A DNA stretch of 64,000 nt, taken from NCBI GenBank assembly GCA_965215505.1, contig OZ244065.1, positions 96,001 through 160,000 on the forward strand. The letters run 5' to 3'. Numbering within the stretch: the stretch's first letter is position 1; every line of letters starts with the position of its first letter. Position numbers and translations under genes: made by a program. Positions 55,968-64,000 of this stretch are shown here, one piece after another. Below the pieces are notes generated by a model, which made no database searches, was not told the origin of the DNA, and saw nothing but the letters and a program-made list of their open reading frames with translations. Origin of the DNA: Capsulimonadaceae bacterium. Lineage in GTDB: Bacteria > Armatimonadota > Armatimonadia > Armatimonadales > Capsulimonadaceae.

Positions 55968-56965
55968 GGGCGCTGCCGACTCTCGCGGCGCAGCAGGTCC
56001 TCGATCTCGCCGATGGAGGTGGCGGTGACCAGCAAGCCGCGCAGGGCGGAGACGCCGGGGAAGCCCTTGAAGTAGTGGGTGATCTGCCCGCGCATCTCCT
56101 TGACCGCCCGCTGCTCGCCCACGGCGGGGTCGGCGGCCATCGTCTTCAGGTGGAACAGGGCACCCTCGATCCGGTCCGAGAGCGTCGGCGCGGGCCGCTC
56201 CTCGCCGGACTCCAGATAGTGCGCGATGTCCCCGAACAGCCACGGGTTGCCCATCGCCGCCCGGCCCACCATGACCGCGTCGCAGCCGGTCTCGTCAAAC
56301 ATGCGCCGCGCATCCTGGACCGTTTCCACGTCGCCGTTGCCGATGACCGGGATCGTTACCACGTCCTTGACGCGCCGGATGATGCTCCAGTCCGCGTGCC
56401 CCGTGAAGCCCTGGTTGGCGTAGCGCGCGTGGACGGCGATGGCTCGCGCCCCGGCGTCCTGCGCCCGCCGGGCGAAGTCGATGCCCGTCGTCTGGCTCGG
56501 GTCCCAGCCCGACCGGATCTTGACCGTGACGGGGATCTTGACCGCGTCCACCATCGCCTTGACCACCGACTGCGCCAGGCAGACGTCTTTGAGCAACGAT
56601 GCCCCCGCGCCGGTCTTGGCGACCTTGGGCACCCAGCAGCCCATGTTCAGGTCCACGATGTCCGCCCCCGCCGCCTCCACCACCTGCGCGGCCTCCGCCA
56701 TCAGGGCCGGGTCGCCGCCAAAAAGCTGCACCGAGACGGGCCGCTCGGCGTCGTTCCAGTCGAACATGCCGAACGTCTTGGCGTTCTTGTAGTGGATCGC
56801 GTGCGACGACAGCAGCTCGGTCACGACCAGTCCGGCCCCGCTGTTCTTGCACAGCAGCCGGAAGGCGTGGGACGTCACCCCGGCCATCGGCGCGAGGACG
56901 AGCGGCGTGTCAATCGTGATCGGGCCGATTTGCAGCGGCTTCAGTTTTGTTGCGAGTGTCGTCAT
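55964..56965 (-). CDS. dusB: tRNA-dihydrouridine synthase B
   Basis: LAPMAGVT, DLNMGC, PVTVKIRSGWD, AVHAR, IGNGDV, VMVGRAAMGNPWLF. Confidence 0.95.
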   Translation of the reverse strand: MTTLATKLKPLQIGPITIDTPLVLAPMAGVTSHAFRLLCKNSGAGLVVTELLSSHAIHYKNAKTFGMFDWNDAERPVSVQLFGGDPALMAEAAQVVEAAGADIVDLNMGCWVPKVAKTGAGASLLKDVCLAQSVVKAMVDAVKIPVTVKIRSGWDPSQTTGIDFARRAQDAGARAIAVHARYANQGFTGHADWSIIRRVKDVVTIPVIGNGDVETVQDARRMFDETGCDAVMVGRAAMGNPWLFGDIAHYLESGEERPAPTLSDRIEGALFHLKTMAADPAVGEQRAVKEMRGQITHYFKGFPGVSALRGLLVTATSIGEIEDLLRRESRQRP

Positions 56966-56971
56966 AAACCG

Positions 56972-57306
56972 TTATCCAAGCGCCTTGAGCTGCGCCAAAA
57001 GCTGTCCTGTCGTTTCGTCCCCCGGCCGCTGCCCCTGGATCATCTGCATCGCCGTCTTCCCCGGCGGCGGCTGGCGGCGCGGCTTGATCTCGTCCAATGA
57101 TTGTGGGACGTGGGACGTTTTGGCCTCAGCCTCCTGACGGGTTTCCAGGGCTGTCGCCAGGCGGGCGATTTGCAGTTTCAACGCCTGCACTTACTCTTGC
57201 AGATTTTGCAGGCTGGAAAGTGCTTGCTGTGACCCGCGCGAAGCCCTCCGCCTGCTCGTAGTGTTTGCTCCTGCGTTCGTTTCTGATCCTCCGCGATGGC
57301 TTCCAT
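56972..57306 (-). pseudogene. Probable decayed small coiled-coil gene
   Basis: The frame reads QQALSSLQNLQE*VQALKLQIARL with an internal TAA at 57191-57193; the upstream ATG (MEAIAEDQ) is in a different frame. Confidence 0.4.
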
Positions 57307-57313
57307 GCTCTGT

Positions 57314-57538
57314 TCAGCTAGACGACAGGTAGATTACCATAGGTAAGTCCAAGACCGCCAGGACACAAGCGACCGCCATAAGGTCCCGAACCGAACTTCC
57401 GTCGAACAGAGCGCCGAACACTCGTTGATTCTGGTCGCTGTGGCGGTGACGCACACGGAAGAACACCCAGCGAAGCAGCAGCAGTTCCAGAAGGTGACAG
57501 GGAACCGCAAGAACACAGATCAACAGTGTCAGGCCCAT
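57314..57538 (-). CDS. Small hypothetical membrane protein
   Basis: GGAGG RBS, TATAAT ~40 nt upstream, two hydrophobic segments. Confidence 0.55.
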   Translation of the reverse strand: MGLTLLICVLAVPCHLLELLLLRWVFFRVRHRHSDQNQRVFGALFDGSSVRDLMAVACVLAVLDLPMVIYLSSS

Positions 57539-57593
57539 TGTCGCCTCCTCAGATGCTCCTCAGCGGCTTTAAGAGGATTATACCACAGCCGCT

Positions 57594-58529
57594 CTACCCC
57601 ACCGCTTCATCTTCCACCCGCTCCTTCGCCGTCTGCTGACGGATGACGAGGGCCAGGGCGACGAGGACCAGCAGGCCGCCGAACATCTGAACGGGGGTCA
57701 AGGTCTGGTGCAGGAGCCACCAGGCCAGGATGGCGGCCAGGATGGGTTCAAGCAGGATGGAAAAAGCGACCGTGGACGAGGGGTAGTGGCGCAGGGACCA
57801 ATTCAGCAGGGTGTGGCCGAAGATCTGCGGGCCGAGTGTCATGCCCAGCAGCGCGCGCCAGACGCCGGGGGAGTAGTGGAACCGCGCGCCGCCGCTGCCG
57901 AGAAGCAGGCCCCAAAGGACTATTGCGGCGACCGAGTAGGCGACCGTGACCTGACGCTGGGACGACACCGTCTCGTGCAGGCCCTCGACGCAGAGCAGGT
58001 ACAGGGCGAACGCCAGGCCGCCGAGCAGGGCCAGCAGATCGCCGGTCAGTGTCGCCTGGGTGGCGGGCTGGGCCGCCGAGAGCGTCACCAGCCAGACGCC
58101 GAGGGCCGCGACGGTCAGGGCCAGCCAGTAGAGCGCGGACACGCGGCGGCGGCCCAGGACCAGCCCGCCTAATGTCGTCCAGAGCGGCGTCGTGCAGACG
58201 AGAAGCGTGGCGCGGGCGACCGGCGTCCGGTCCAGCGCGGCGAACCAGGTAAGGAAGTGGACGGCGAGGCACAGCCCGGCGAGGACCAGCCGCACCTGCA
58301 CAGCGCGCGTGTAGAGGCGAACCTTGTGTTCGCCCTTCCCTCCGTATTCGCCCTTCCTGATGGCGGACAGGCCGAGAAAGAACAGGGAGGCCAGCCCGAG
58401 CCGCCAGGCGGCGATGGCGAGCGGGGTGGCTTCGGCGAGGGCGCGGTGGGCGAACAGGCCCGCCGTGCTGACCAGGAAGACGGCCAGGAGCAGCAGGAGG
58501 ATTCGGCTCAGGGAGGATGACTGGCTCAA
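57594..58529 (-). CDS. EamA/DMT family transporter
   Basis: IAAWRL, HFLTWF, GDLLAL, GHTLLNWSL, LLEPILA. Confidence 0.92.
   Translation of the reverse strand: MSQSSSLSRILLLLLAVFLVSTAGLFAHRALAEATPLAIAAWRLGLASLFFLGLSAIRKGEYGGKGEHKVRLYTRAVQVRLVLAGLCLAVHFLTWFAALDRTPVARATLLVCTTPLWTTLGGLVLGRRRVSALYWLALTVAALGVWLVTLSAAQPATQATLTGDLLALLGGLAFALYLLCVEGLHETVSSQRQVTVAYSVAAIVLWGLLLGSGGARFHYSPGVWRALLGMTLGPQIFGHTLLNWSLRHYPSSTVAFSILLEPILAAILAWWLLHQTLTPVQMFGGLLVLVALALVIRQQTAKERVEDEAVG
58311..58357. repeat. GTAG-type REP inside the EamA CDS
   Basis: GTAGAGGCGAACCTTGTGTTCGCCC plus a partial tandem copy GTATTCGCCCTTCC; encodes KGEYGGKGEHKVRLY. Confidence 0.7.
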
Positions 58530-59323
58530 CGCGGCAGCCGGTTCCGGTCGTACACCAGGCGCAGGCCGTCCAGGGTGAGGTTTGGCTCCAGATGGGTGAT
58601 GCTGGCGCTCTCCTCCGACAGCAGCTCGGAGGCGTAGCCGCCGGTCGCGATGACCGGGCAGCCGGGCGCGTCCATCTCGGCCTGGAACCGGGCGACCATG
58701 CCCTCGACGAGCGACAGAGTGCCCAGGACGATCCCGGACTGGAGCGCGTGGATGGTGTTGTTGCCGATGGCCTGCGGCGGCGCGGCCAGCTCGACGCGGG
58801 GGATCTTGGCGGCCCGCGCGAACAGCGCGTCCAGGGACAGCCCGATGCCCAGGCAGATCGCCCCGCCGAGGTAGACCGGGAGCGCGCCGGGCCGGGGCGG
58901 GGCGGCGATGGCGTTGAAGGTGGTGGCGGAGCCGAAGTCAATCACGATGCAGGGGGCGCCGAAGAGGTGGACGGCGGCGACGGCGTCTACGAGCCTGTCC
59001 GCGCCGACCCCGCCCTGCGGCTGGTAGGCGATCTCCAGGCCCAGGTCCTTGCGCGGCGAGACCTCCACCGGCTCCATCAGGAAGGTGTCGCGGGCCAGCC
59101 GCCGCAGGGTGGGGGTGGCGGCGGGGACGACGCTCGCCAATGCGATGCCGGTGATGTCACCCAATCCGATGTCGTTCTGGGCGCACAGGGAGCCGAGGAA
59201 GGCGGCGTACTCGTCCGCCGTCCGGTCGGCCTCGGTGCGGATGCGCCAGCGGAACCGGAGCGGGCCGTCGTCATAAACGCCGAAGGTGACGTTGCTGTTG
59301 CCGGCGTCAATGACCAGAAGCAT
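58526..59323 (-). CDS. coaX: Type III pantothenate kinase
   Basis: IDAGNSN, ASVVP, VGADR, IDFGSATT, YLGGAI, IATGG, LTLDGL. Confidence 0.96.
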   Translation of the reverse strand: MLLVIDAGNSNVTFGVYDDGPLRFRWRIRTEADRTADEYAAFLGSLCAQNDIGLGDITGIALASVVPAATPTLRRLARDTFLMEPVEVSPRKDLGLEIAYQPQGGVGADRLVDAVAAVHLFGAPCIVIDFGSATTFNAIAAPPRPGALPVYLGGAICLGIGLSLDALFARAAKIPRVELAAPPQAIGNNTIHALQSGIVLGTLSLVEGMVARFQAEMDAPGCPVIATGGYASELLSEESASITHLEPNLTLDGLRLVYDRNRLPR

Positions 59324-59328
59324 GAAAC

Positions 59329-59339
59329 ATTATAGCACA
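59329..59339 (-). promoter_or_regulatory. Extended -10 promoter, probably giving a leaderless coaX mRNA
   Basis: TGTGCTATAAT 5 nt before the ATG; no Shine-Dalgarno. Confidence 0.65.
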
Positions 59340-59399
59340 CGCCGGTGCGATGCGTTTCACGGGCAGGAGATTCGGGCGGCGGCGGGGAAGAGGGTGGGC

Positions 59400-60524
59400 A
59401 TGAGAGTATCTATGCAGGCCACAATACGCCGTCAGGCGATCATCGGGGGGCTGTGCGTCCTGGCTTTCAGCCACCCGTCGCGGGCGGCGGCACAGGCCAT
59501 GCCGCCTCCGCTCGTACCGCTCGCGGGAACCCCGACGACCGTCCCGCCGGGGTTCCCGCCCATCCCCGGCCTGACGGACCAGTACGGCGATTTCCGGGGG
59601 ATGTTCCAATCGCTGACCGACCCGGCCGTCGCTCCGGCGGCGCAGATGACGCAGCTTGGGGACGACGAGGAGGTCCTGGGTTTGACCCTCGGGGGGAAGA
59701 GCCGCGCCTACCCCGCACGCTTCATCGCCTGGCACCACATCGTCAACGACACCTTGGGCGGGCGTCCCGTCGCCGTGACCTATTGCAGCGTCTGCAACAG
59801 CGGCGTCGCCTACGACCCCGTCGTGGGCGGCACGCGGCGGCTCTTTGGGGTCTTCGGCATCTACCGGGGCGTGATGGCGATGGTTGATCCGAGTACCGAG
59901 ACGGTCTGGTCACACCTCACCGGCGAGGCCCTGCTGGGGCCGGACAAGGGCAAGACTTTGGCGGCCCTGCCACTCGTCAACACGACCTGGGGGGACTGGA
60001 AGCGGCTTCACCCGGACACCACGACCCCAAGCTGGGACACGCCTTATCGCCGGTATTACCGGGCGCGTGTGGTCAGCGGGCGTGATTATTTGCCGTCAAC
60101 ATTCCCTTCTACGCTTAAAGGGCTGACCGACGACCGCCTGATGCCGAACGCCCTGGTGCTGGCCGTCCGGATCGAGGGGAAGCCGCGCGCCTACCCGTTC
60201 GAGGCGCTGGCAAAGGCGGCGGGCGTGGTCCAGGAAACCTTGGGCGGGACGCACGTCGCCGCCTTCTATGCGTCCGACTCCAAAGCGGCTGCCGCGTTCG
60301 ACCGCCGCCTGGACGGGGCTACCTTGGATTTCACCCGCGTCGCCGATCATCCTGGACTGTTTCAGGACAAGGGGACGGCGTCACAGTGGACGGTGGAGGG
60401 GCTGTGCGTGTCGGGGCCGCTGAAAGGCAAGCAGCTTGCGCGGATTTTCTCGCTCCAGGCCGAGTGGTACGGATGGTCCGCCTACTTCCCCCAGACGACG
60501 GTCTATATGACCCCAGGTCAGTAG
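59400..60524 (+). CDS. DUF3179 domain protein
   Basis: RAYP..WHHIVND, VTYCSVCNSG, TETVWS...GEAL.GP, WGDWKRLHPDT, W..WSAYFPQT. Confidence 0.88.
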   Translation: MRVSMQATIRRQAIIGGLCVLAFSHPSRAAAQAMPPPLVPLAGTPTTVPPGFPPIPGLTDQYGDFRGMFQSLTDPAVAPAAQMTQLGDDEEVLGLTLGGKSRAYPARFIAWHHIVNDTLGGRPVAVTYCSVCNSGVAYDPVVGGTRRLFGVFGIYRGVMAMVDPSTETVWSHLTGEALLGPDKGKTLAALPLVNTTWGDWKRLHPDTTTPSWDTPYRRYYRARVVSGRDYLPSTFPSTLKGLTDDRLMPNALVLAVRIEGKPRAYPFEALAKAAGVVQETLGGTHVAAFYASDSKAAAAFDRRLDGATLDFTRVADHPGLFQDKGTASQWTVEGLCVSGPLKGKQLARIFSLQAEWYGWSAYFPQTTVYMTPGQ

Positions 60525-61201
60525 GCGGTGTCGCGGCTGAACATCTCCGTCACCCAGAACTCGCCGCGCGCGTTGCGGTAGACGCCCAGGCCGATTTTGG
60601 TGAAACGCTTCTCCAGGATGTTCGCCCGGTGGCCGGGGCTGTTCATCAGGGCGCGGTGGCCGTAGTCCACATTGTAAATGTCGTTGGAGACGCTGCAATA
60701 GTAGATGTTCTCGCCCACCAGCAGCGCCTCGGGCGTCGCGCCGCCCCCGTCATGCAGGCCCTTCAAATAGCGGTCCATCGGGGTGTCCAGGCCCGCAGTC
60801 GGCGAATGGTGGTCGAAGTAGCTCAGGGAATACATCTCGCGGGAATGGGCACGGGCGGTGTGGACCAGCAGGGGGTCCACGGCCAGGGCGTTCAGGCCGC
60901 GCGTCGTCCGCTCGGCGTTCACCCTCCCGATAAAGTCCTGTTCGTCGGGGGAGAGCGCCTCGGCGGAGGCGGGCGGGGCCTGGACGGGCGACGGCGTCAC
61001 CCAGACCGCCTGCACCTGGGGCGTCCGCAGGGGGCGCGGGGCCGAGGCCACCAGGACCGGGGCTTTAGCGGCGGGGGCGTTCGTGCCCGCACGGGCATGG
61101 GCCATGGTATCGGCGACCGCCGTCGGCGCACCGACGGTGGGGAGGGGCATGGTATTGACGGCGGCCCAGAAGAAGCCGGCCAGCAAGAGTGATTTGAGCA
61201 T
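60518..61201 (-). CDS. CAP (SCP) domain protein
   Basis: VNAER, ARAHSREM...YFDH, GENI, MNSPGHRANIL, IGLG. Confidence 0.93.
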   Translation of the reverse strand: MLKSLLLAGFFWAAVNTMPLPTVGAPTAVADTMAHARAGTNAPAAKAPVLVASAPRPLRTPQVQAVWVTPSPVQAPPASAEALSPDEQDFIGRVNAERTTRGLNALAVDPLLVHTARAHSREMYSLSYFDHHSPTAGLDTPMDRYLKGLHDGGGATPEALLVGENIYYCSVSNDIYNVDYGHRALMNSPGHRANILEKRFTKIGLGVYRNARGEFWVTEMFSRDTAY

Positions 61202-61561
61202 CCCGACGGTGACCTTTCAGAACGGAATGGCGAGAACGAAACGACACTCTCATCTTCGGGTCATGGTGGGCATTCCGCAGGGAAGCGGACAAAATCCGGT
61301 ATCTTTACCGCAGGGGAGATTCGGAAACACGAGAGAAACAAATCTATCGTAGGATAGACAGCAGAATACAACATGCAGCGGAGAGGGGCGGCGGGCTTCG
61401 GTTGCGAGAGGGCCTGAAGGTGGAACTCTTTCGTGCCGAAGATAGTCAGAACTGAAGGAAGCCGAAACTATTGACGGGGAGCAGTGTCTAGGTCCCCGAA
61501 CCCTGATGGAACTTTGATTCGGGTCGTGCCGTTATATCTTAATCAGCAGAGGTCATTCACC

Positions 61562-62887
61562 ATGAACAGTGTCGTTCAGCCGGAAACAATGCTCGAGCCA
61601 AACGGCTCCCGCGGGATGGACATCATCCCGCACACCGTCCGCGAATTCGGCGTCGAGGCGCGCAAGCCGGGCAAAGCCTGGGAGGCGGCCTTCAACGGCC
61701 CCATCCAGTCCTGGTCCGACCCGGACACGGGCCAGACGCTCTACGGCGTCACCGTCCGGCTGTCGCGCCTCAAGGACCCCGTCAGCCGCGAGCTGTATTC
61801 CACCAACATCCTCTTCTACATGCCCGAGGCCGAGATGCGCGGGATGCACAACGTCTACGAGATGGCCCAGCGCTTCCCCTTCACGCGCATCCGTGGGCCG
61901 CGCACTCTGACCCCCCTCTGCCCTTCGCGTGAGGGCCGGATGTGGTACGACGCCAACCCCGAGGGCGTCATAATGGAGGACCTGCGTCTGACGCCGGCAG
62001 CGCTGCCCGACGGGCGGCCCGGCTTCTTCGTGACCGGCCAGGGCTACCGGGGCAAGGTGATGTTCCCCGACGGGCGCTTCATCCACGACGTCGGGGTCTA
62101 CGGCGGCTACCTGGACCCGCAGGAGCGTCCGAGCCAGCTCGAGCTTCAGCACCTGTTCGGTGGCATCGAATTCGGCGCGACCCTGACCGATGACGATGAG
62201 GGGCGGCTCCTGGCTGAACTCGGCGAGGGCGTCTGGGTCAAGGGCATCACCGGCGATGCCGCCGACAGGATGCACGTCGAGTCGTACAAGAACTCGGTCA
62301 AGCTGCCCTGCCTGGACGGGCGCAAGACGCTGATCGGGGCGCGCTCGATGAGCGAGACCAAGCAGATCGCCTATTTCGAGAGCCTCTCCGCCGACGGCCT
62401 GAGCGGGTTCCGCATGGGCGGCGTCATTGACGGGCTGAACCGGGCCTTGGGTCTGGAGATCTGGGACCGGGTGCATCGGGTGGGCCTGGGCAGCAACTTC
62501 GTCCCGTGTCCTGAGCTGGACGGCTACATCGGTCTGATCCACGTCGTGCTGGAAAAGAACAACCCGGACTTCCCCGAGACTCTGGACGCCGTGCATCCGG
62601 GCATCAACGAGCAGTATGAGGGCTGGGTGGTGTGGCTGACCTTCGACGCCGGGGGCAGGCCGGTCATCAAGGCCTGCGTCCGGGCCATCACGCCCGACGA
62701 CGTGCCGGCCGGATATGAGGGGGCGGGGGAGCTGTTCGACACCAAGCGGGTCGCTTTCCCGATGTCGCTGTACCGCATCGGTGAGTGCCTGTCGGTGGGC
62801 TATGGCTGGGGCGACCGCGCCCTGTTCCAAGCCGACTTCGACTACAAGACCGTGACGGCACAGCTTTCGAGCCATAGCCGGAACTGA
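61562..62887 (+). CDS. Divergent GH130-like five-bladed beta-propeller glycosidase/phosphorylase
   Basis: EDLRLT, KNSVKLP, RVGLGS, VAFPMS and VGYGWGD occur in the order of GH130 EDPR, KN, KIGAG, VVFP and YYGAAD. Confidence 0.6.
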   Translation: MNSVVQPETMLEPNGSRGMDIIPHTVREFGVEARKPGKAWEAAFNGPIQSWSDPDTGQTLYGVTVRLSRLKDPVSRELYSTNILFYMPEAEMRGMHNVYEMAQRFPFTRIRGPRTLTPLCPSREGRMWYDANPEGVIMEDLRLTPAALPDGRPGFFVTGQGYRGKVMFPDGRFIHDVGVYGGYLDPQERPSQLELQHLFGGIEFGATLTDDDEGRLLAELGEGVWVKGITGDAADRMHVESYKNSVKLPCLDGRKTLIGARSMSETKQIAYFESLSADGLSGFRMGGVIDGLNRALGLEIWDRVHRVGLGSNFVPCPELDGYIGLIHVVLEKNNPDFPETLDAVHPGINEQYEGWVVWLTFDAGGRPVIKACVRAITPDDVPAGYEGAGELFDTKRVAFPMSLYRIGECLSVGYGWGDRALFQADFDYKTVTAQLSSHSRN

Positions 62888-62900
62888 CCACTCGCGGCAG

Positions 62901-62941
62901 AAAAAGGCCCGCCCGACTATCAAGAGTCGGGCGGGCCTTTT
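62901..62941. terminator. Bidirectional terminator
   Basis: AAAAAGGCCCGCCCGACT...AGTCGGGCGGGCCTTTT. Confidence 0.85.
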
Positions 62942-62963
62942 CCGTTTTTGGTGCCAGCGGCGG

Positions 62964-63455
62964 CTAATGGCTCATGGAGCCGGGCATCCCGTGCATGGGC
63001 GACCCCTGCATCATCGGGTGGTGGGTCATCGTGGCGCGCGCGCCCCCGGCCCGGTGGTAGCCGGCCGCCTCAGCGGCGGCGGCGGTAGGGAAGTAAATGC
63101 GGTTCTGCGCCGCAGGCAGCGCGCCCCGGTCACCCGGCATGTGGTAGACGTGCGAGTTCCTGTTCGCGACGATGCCGCCGCGCATCATGCCCGAACCCCC
63201 CATCATCCCCGGCCGGCCCATCATGCCGGGGTGCCCCATCATGCCCGAATGGCCGGGCATCATGTGCCCGTTCATCATGCCGGGATGACCGAAACTGCCC
63301 GCCATGGGCTGAACCGGCTTGGGCTTTGGGTGGAACAGCTTACCGAAAATGCTGTGATGGACGGGCGGCGGGGGCGGGGGCGTCTGCGCCGTCACGGCGC
63401 TTCCAAGAAGCGTGAGGGCCGCGAGGGCGGCGGAAACGGTGAGTGTTTTTTGCAT
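62964..63455 (-). CDS. Secreted Met/His/Gly-rich protein with Cys-less Ada-metal-binding-like C-terminal domain
   Basis: Signal peptide; GMM repeats; ANRNSHVYH.PG...NRIYF.TAAAAEAAGY.RA. Confidence 0.8.
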   Translation of the reverse strand: MQKTLTVSAALAALTLLGSAVTAQTPPPPPPVHHSIFGKLFHPKPKPVQPMAGSFGHPGMMNGHMMPGHSGMMGHPGMMGRPGMMGGSGMMRGGIVANRNSHVYHMPGDRGALPAAQNRIYFPTAAAAEAAGYHRAGGARATMTHHPMMQGSPMHGMPGSMSH

Positions 63456-63547
63456 GGTCATCTCCTTCGGTGATCCGGATAATCAATCAGCCCGCCAGGG
63501 ACTTTCCGGCGGGCTGATACTTCGTCTGTGCTTCTTCGGTAAGAAGC

Positions 63548-63781
63548 CTACTTCTTCTTCGCCATGTGGTGGGCGATCATGCCGGCGGCGACGCCGGTCG
63601 CGACGGGGTGCTTGTGCATCATGCCGCCGTGCGCGTTCTTCGCCATGTGGTGGGCTACCAGGCCGGCACCGACGCCGGTCGCGGTCGGGTGCTTCTTGAA
63701 CGGGTTCGCCTGGGCGGCGGGCGAGAGGGCCGAGGCCGTCAGGATGGCGAGCGCGGCGGGGATCAGGATCGTGTTCTTCAT
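63548..63781 (-). CDS. Small secreted His/Lys-rich protein with an internal repeat
   Basis: AAGGAG RBS, signal peptide ending AQA, twice KHP.ATGV.AG..AHHMAK. Confidence 0.8.
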   Translation of the reverse strand: MKNTILIPAALAILTASALSPAAQANPFKKHPTATGVGAGLVAHHMAKNAHGGMMHKHPVATGVAAGMIAHHMAKKK

Positions 63782-63885
63782 CGTCATCTCCTTGGAAGGT
63801 TAATGTTTGCTGTAGCGTTCCATGCCCCAAAAAAGTTCCCTCTAACCCTAAAAAGCCTGGAGGATGGTTCGAATACTTGCGCGTA

Positions 63886-64000
63886 TCACCGTGCTGCTTT
63901 GCCCTGCCCGGCATACGCCTCGACGCCCGTTAGCAATGCCCGCGCCATCGCCTCCTGACCGGCGGCGGTGCGGATGAATCGGTAATCGTGGTCGTTGGTC
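63886..64000 (-). CDS. C-terminal end of a probable N-acetylmuramoyl-L-alanine amidase (Amidase_3), partial
   Basis: Hand translation TNDHDYRFIRTAAGQEAMARALLTGVEAYAGQGKAAR* resembles the Amidase_3 terminal helix. Confidence 0.55.
   Translation of the reverse strand, partial: TNDHDYRFIRTAAGQEAMARALLTGVEAYAGQGKAAR

Noticed and set aside
59400..60524. Possible selenoprotein, since some DUF3179 members have Sec
   Set aside because: The motif is CSVC with ordinary Cys codons and there is no in-frame TGA

Overview
GC-rich bacterial chromosomal window, probably from an Armatimonadota-like organism. That is inferred from DUF1559-type 'QYAQDYDE..P...DGHVK' domains, a DUF6785 protein and a C-terminally extended ECF sigma factor, not from a marker gene. 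All family calls come from motifs recognised by eye; no database was searched. Left part (1-21 kb, minus strand): a KdpD-like kinase fragment and a carbohydrate-utilisation cluster (sugar ABC transporter, GH127, DUF6785 protein, lyxose/mannose isomerase, GH92-malectin, GH53, two GH2). A ~2 kb accessory insert interrupts it; this carries a colicin-D-like ORF with a coupled partner gene and a decayed duplicate of the GH127 5' end. Middle part: an ECF sigma factor, a TolC-rlmA-RND-MFP efflux operon, an ArnT/GT2/YdjC operon, a BMP nucleoside ABC system, mtaB-HIT, and tandem glutamine synthetases I and III, each with its own sigma70 promoter and a structured leader ending in a U-tract. Right part: TPR-nadK-recN, two paralogous propeller-DUF1559-like fusions, a GxGD intramembrane-protease-like gene, dusB, EamA, coaX, DUF3179, CAP, a GH130-like gene and two small Met/His-rich secreted proteins. 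REP/REPIN-like palindromes occur between genes and also in frame inside two transporter genes.
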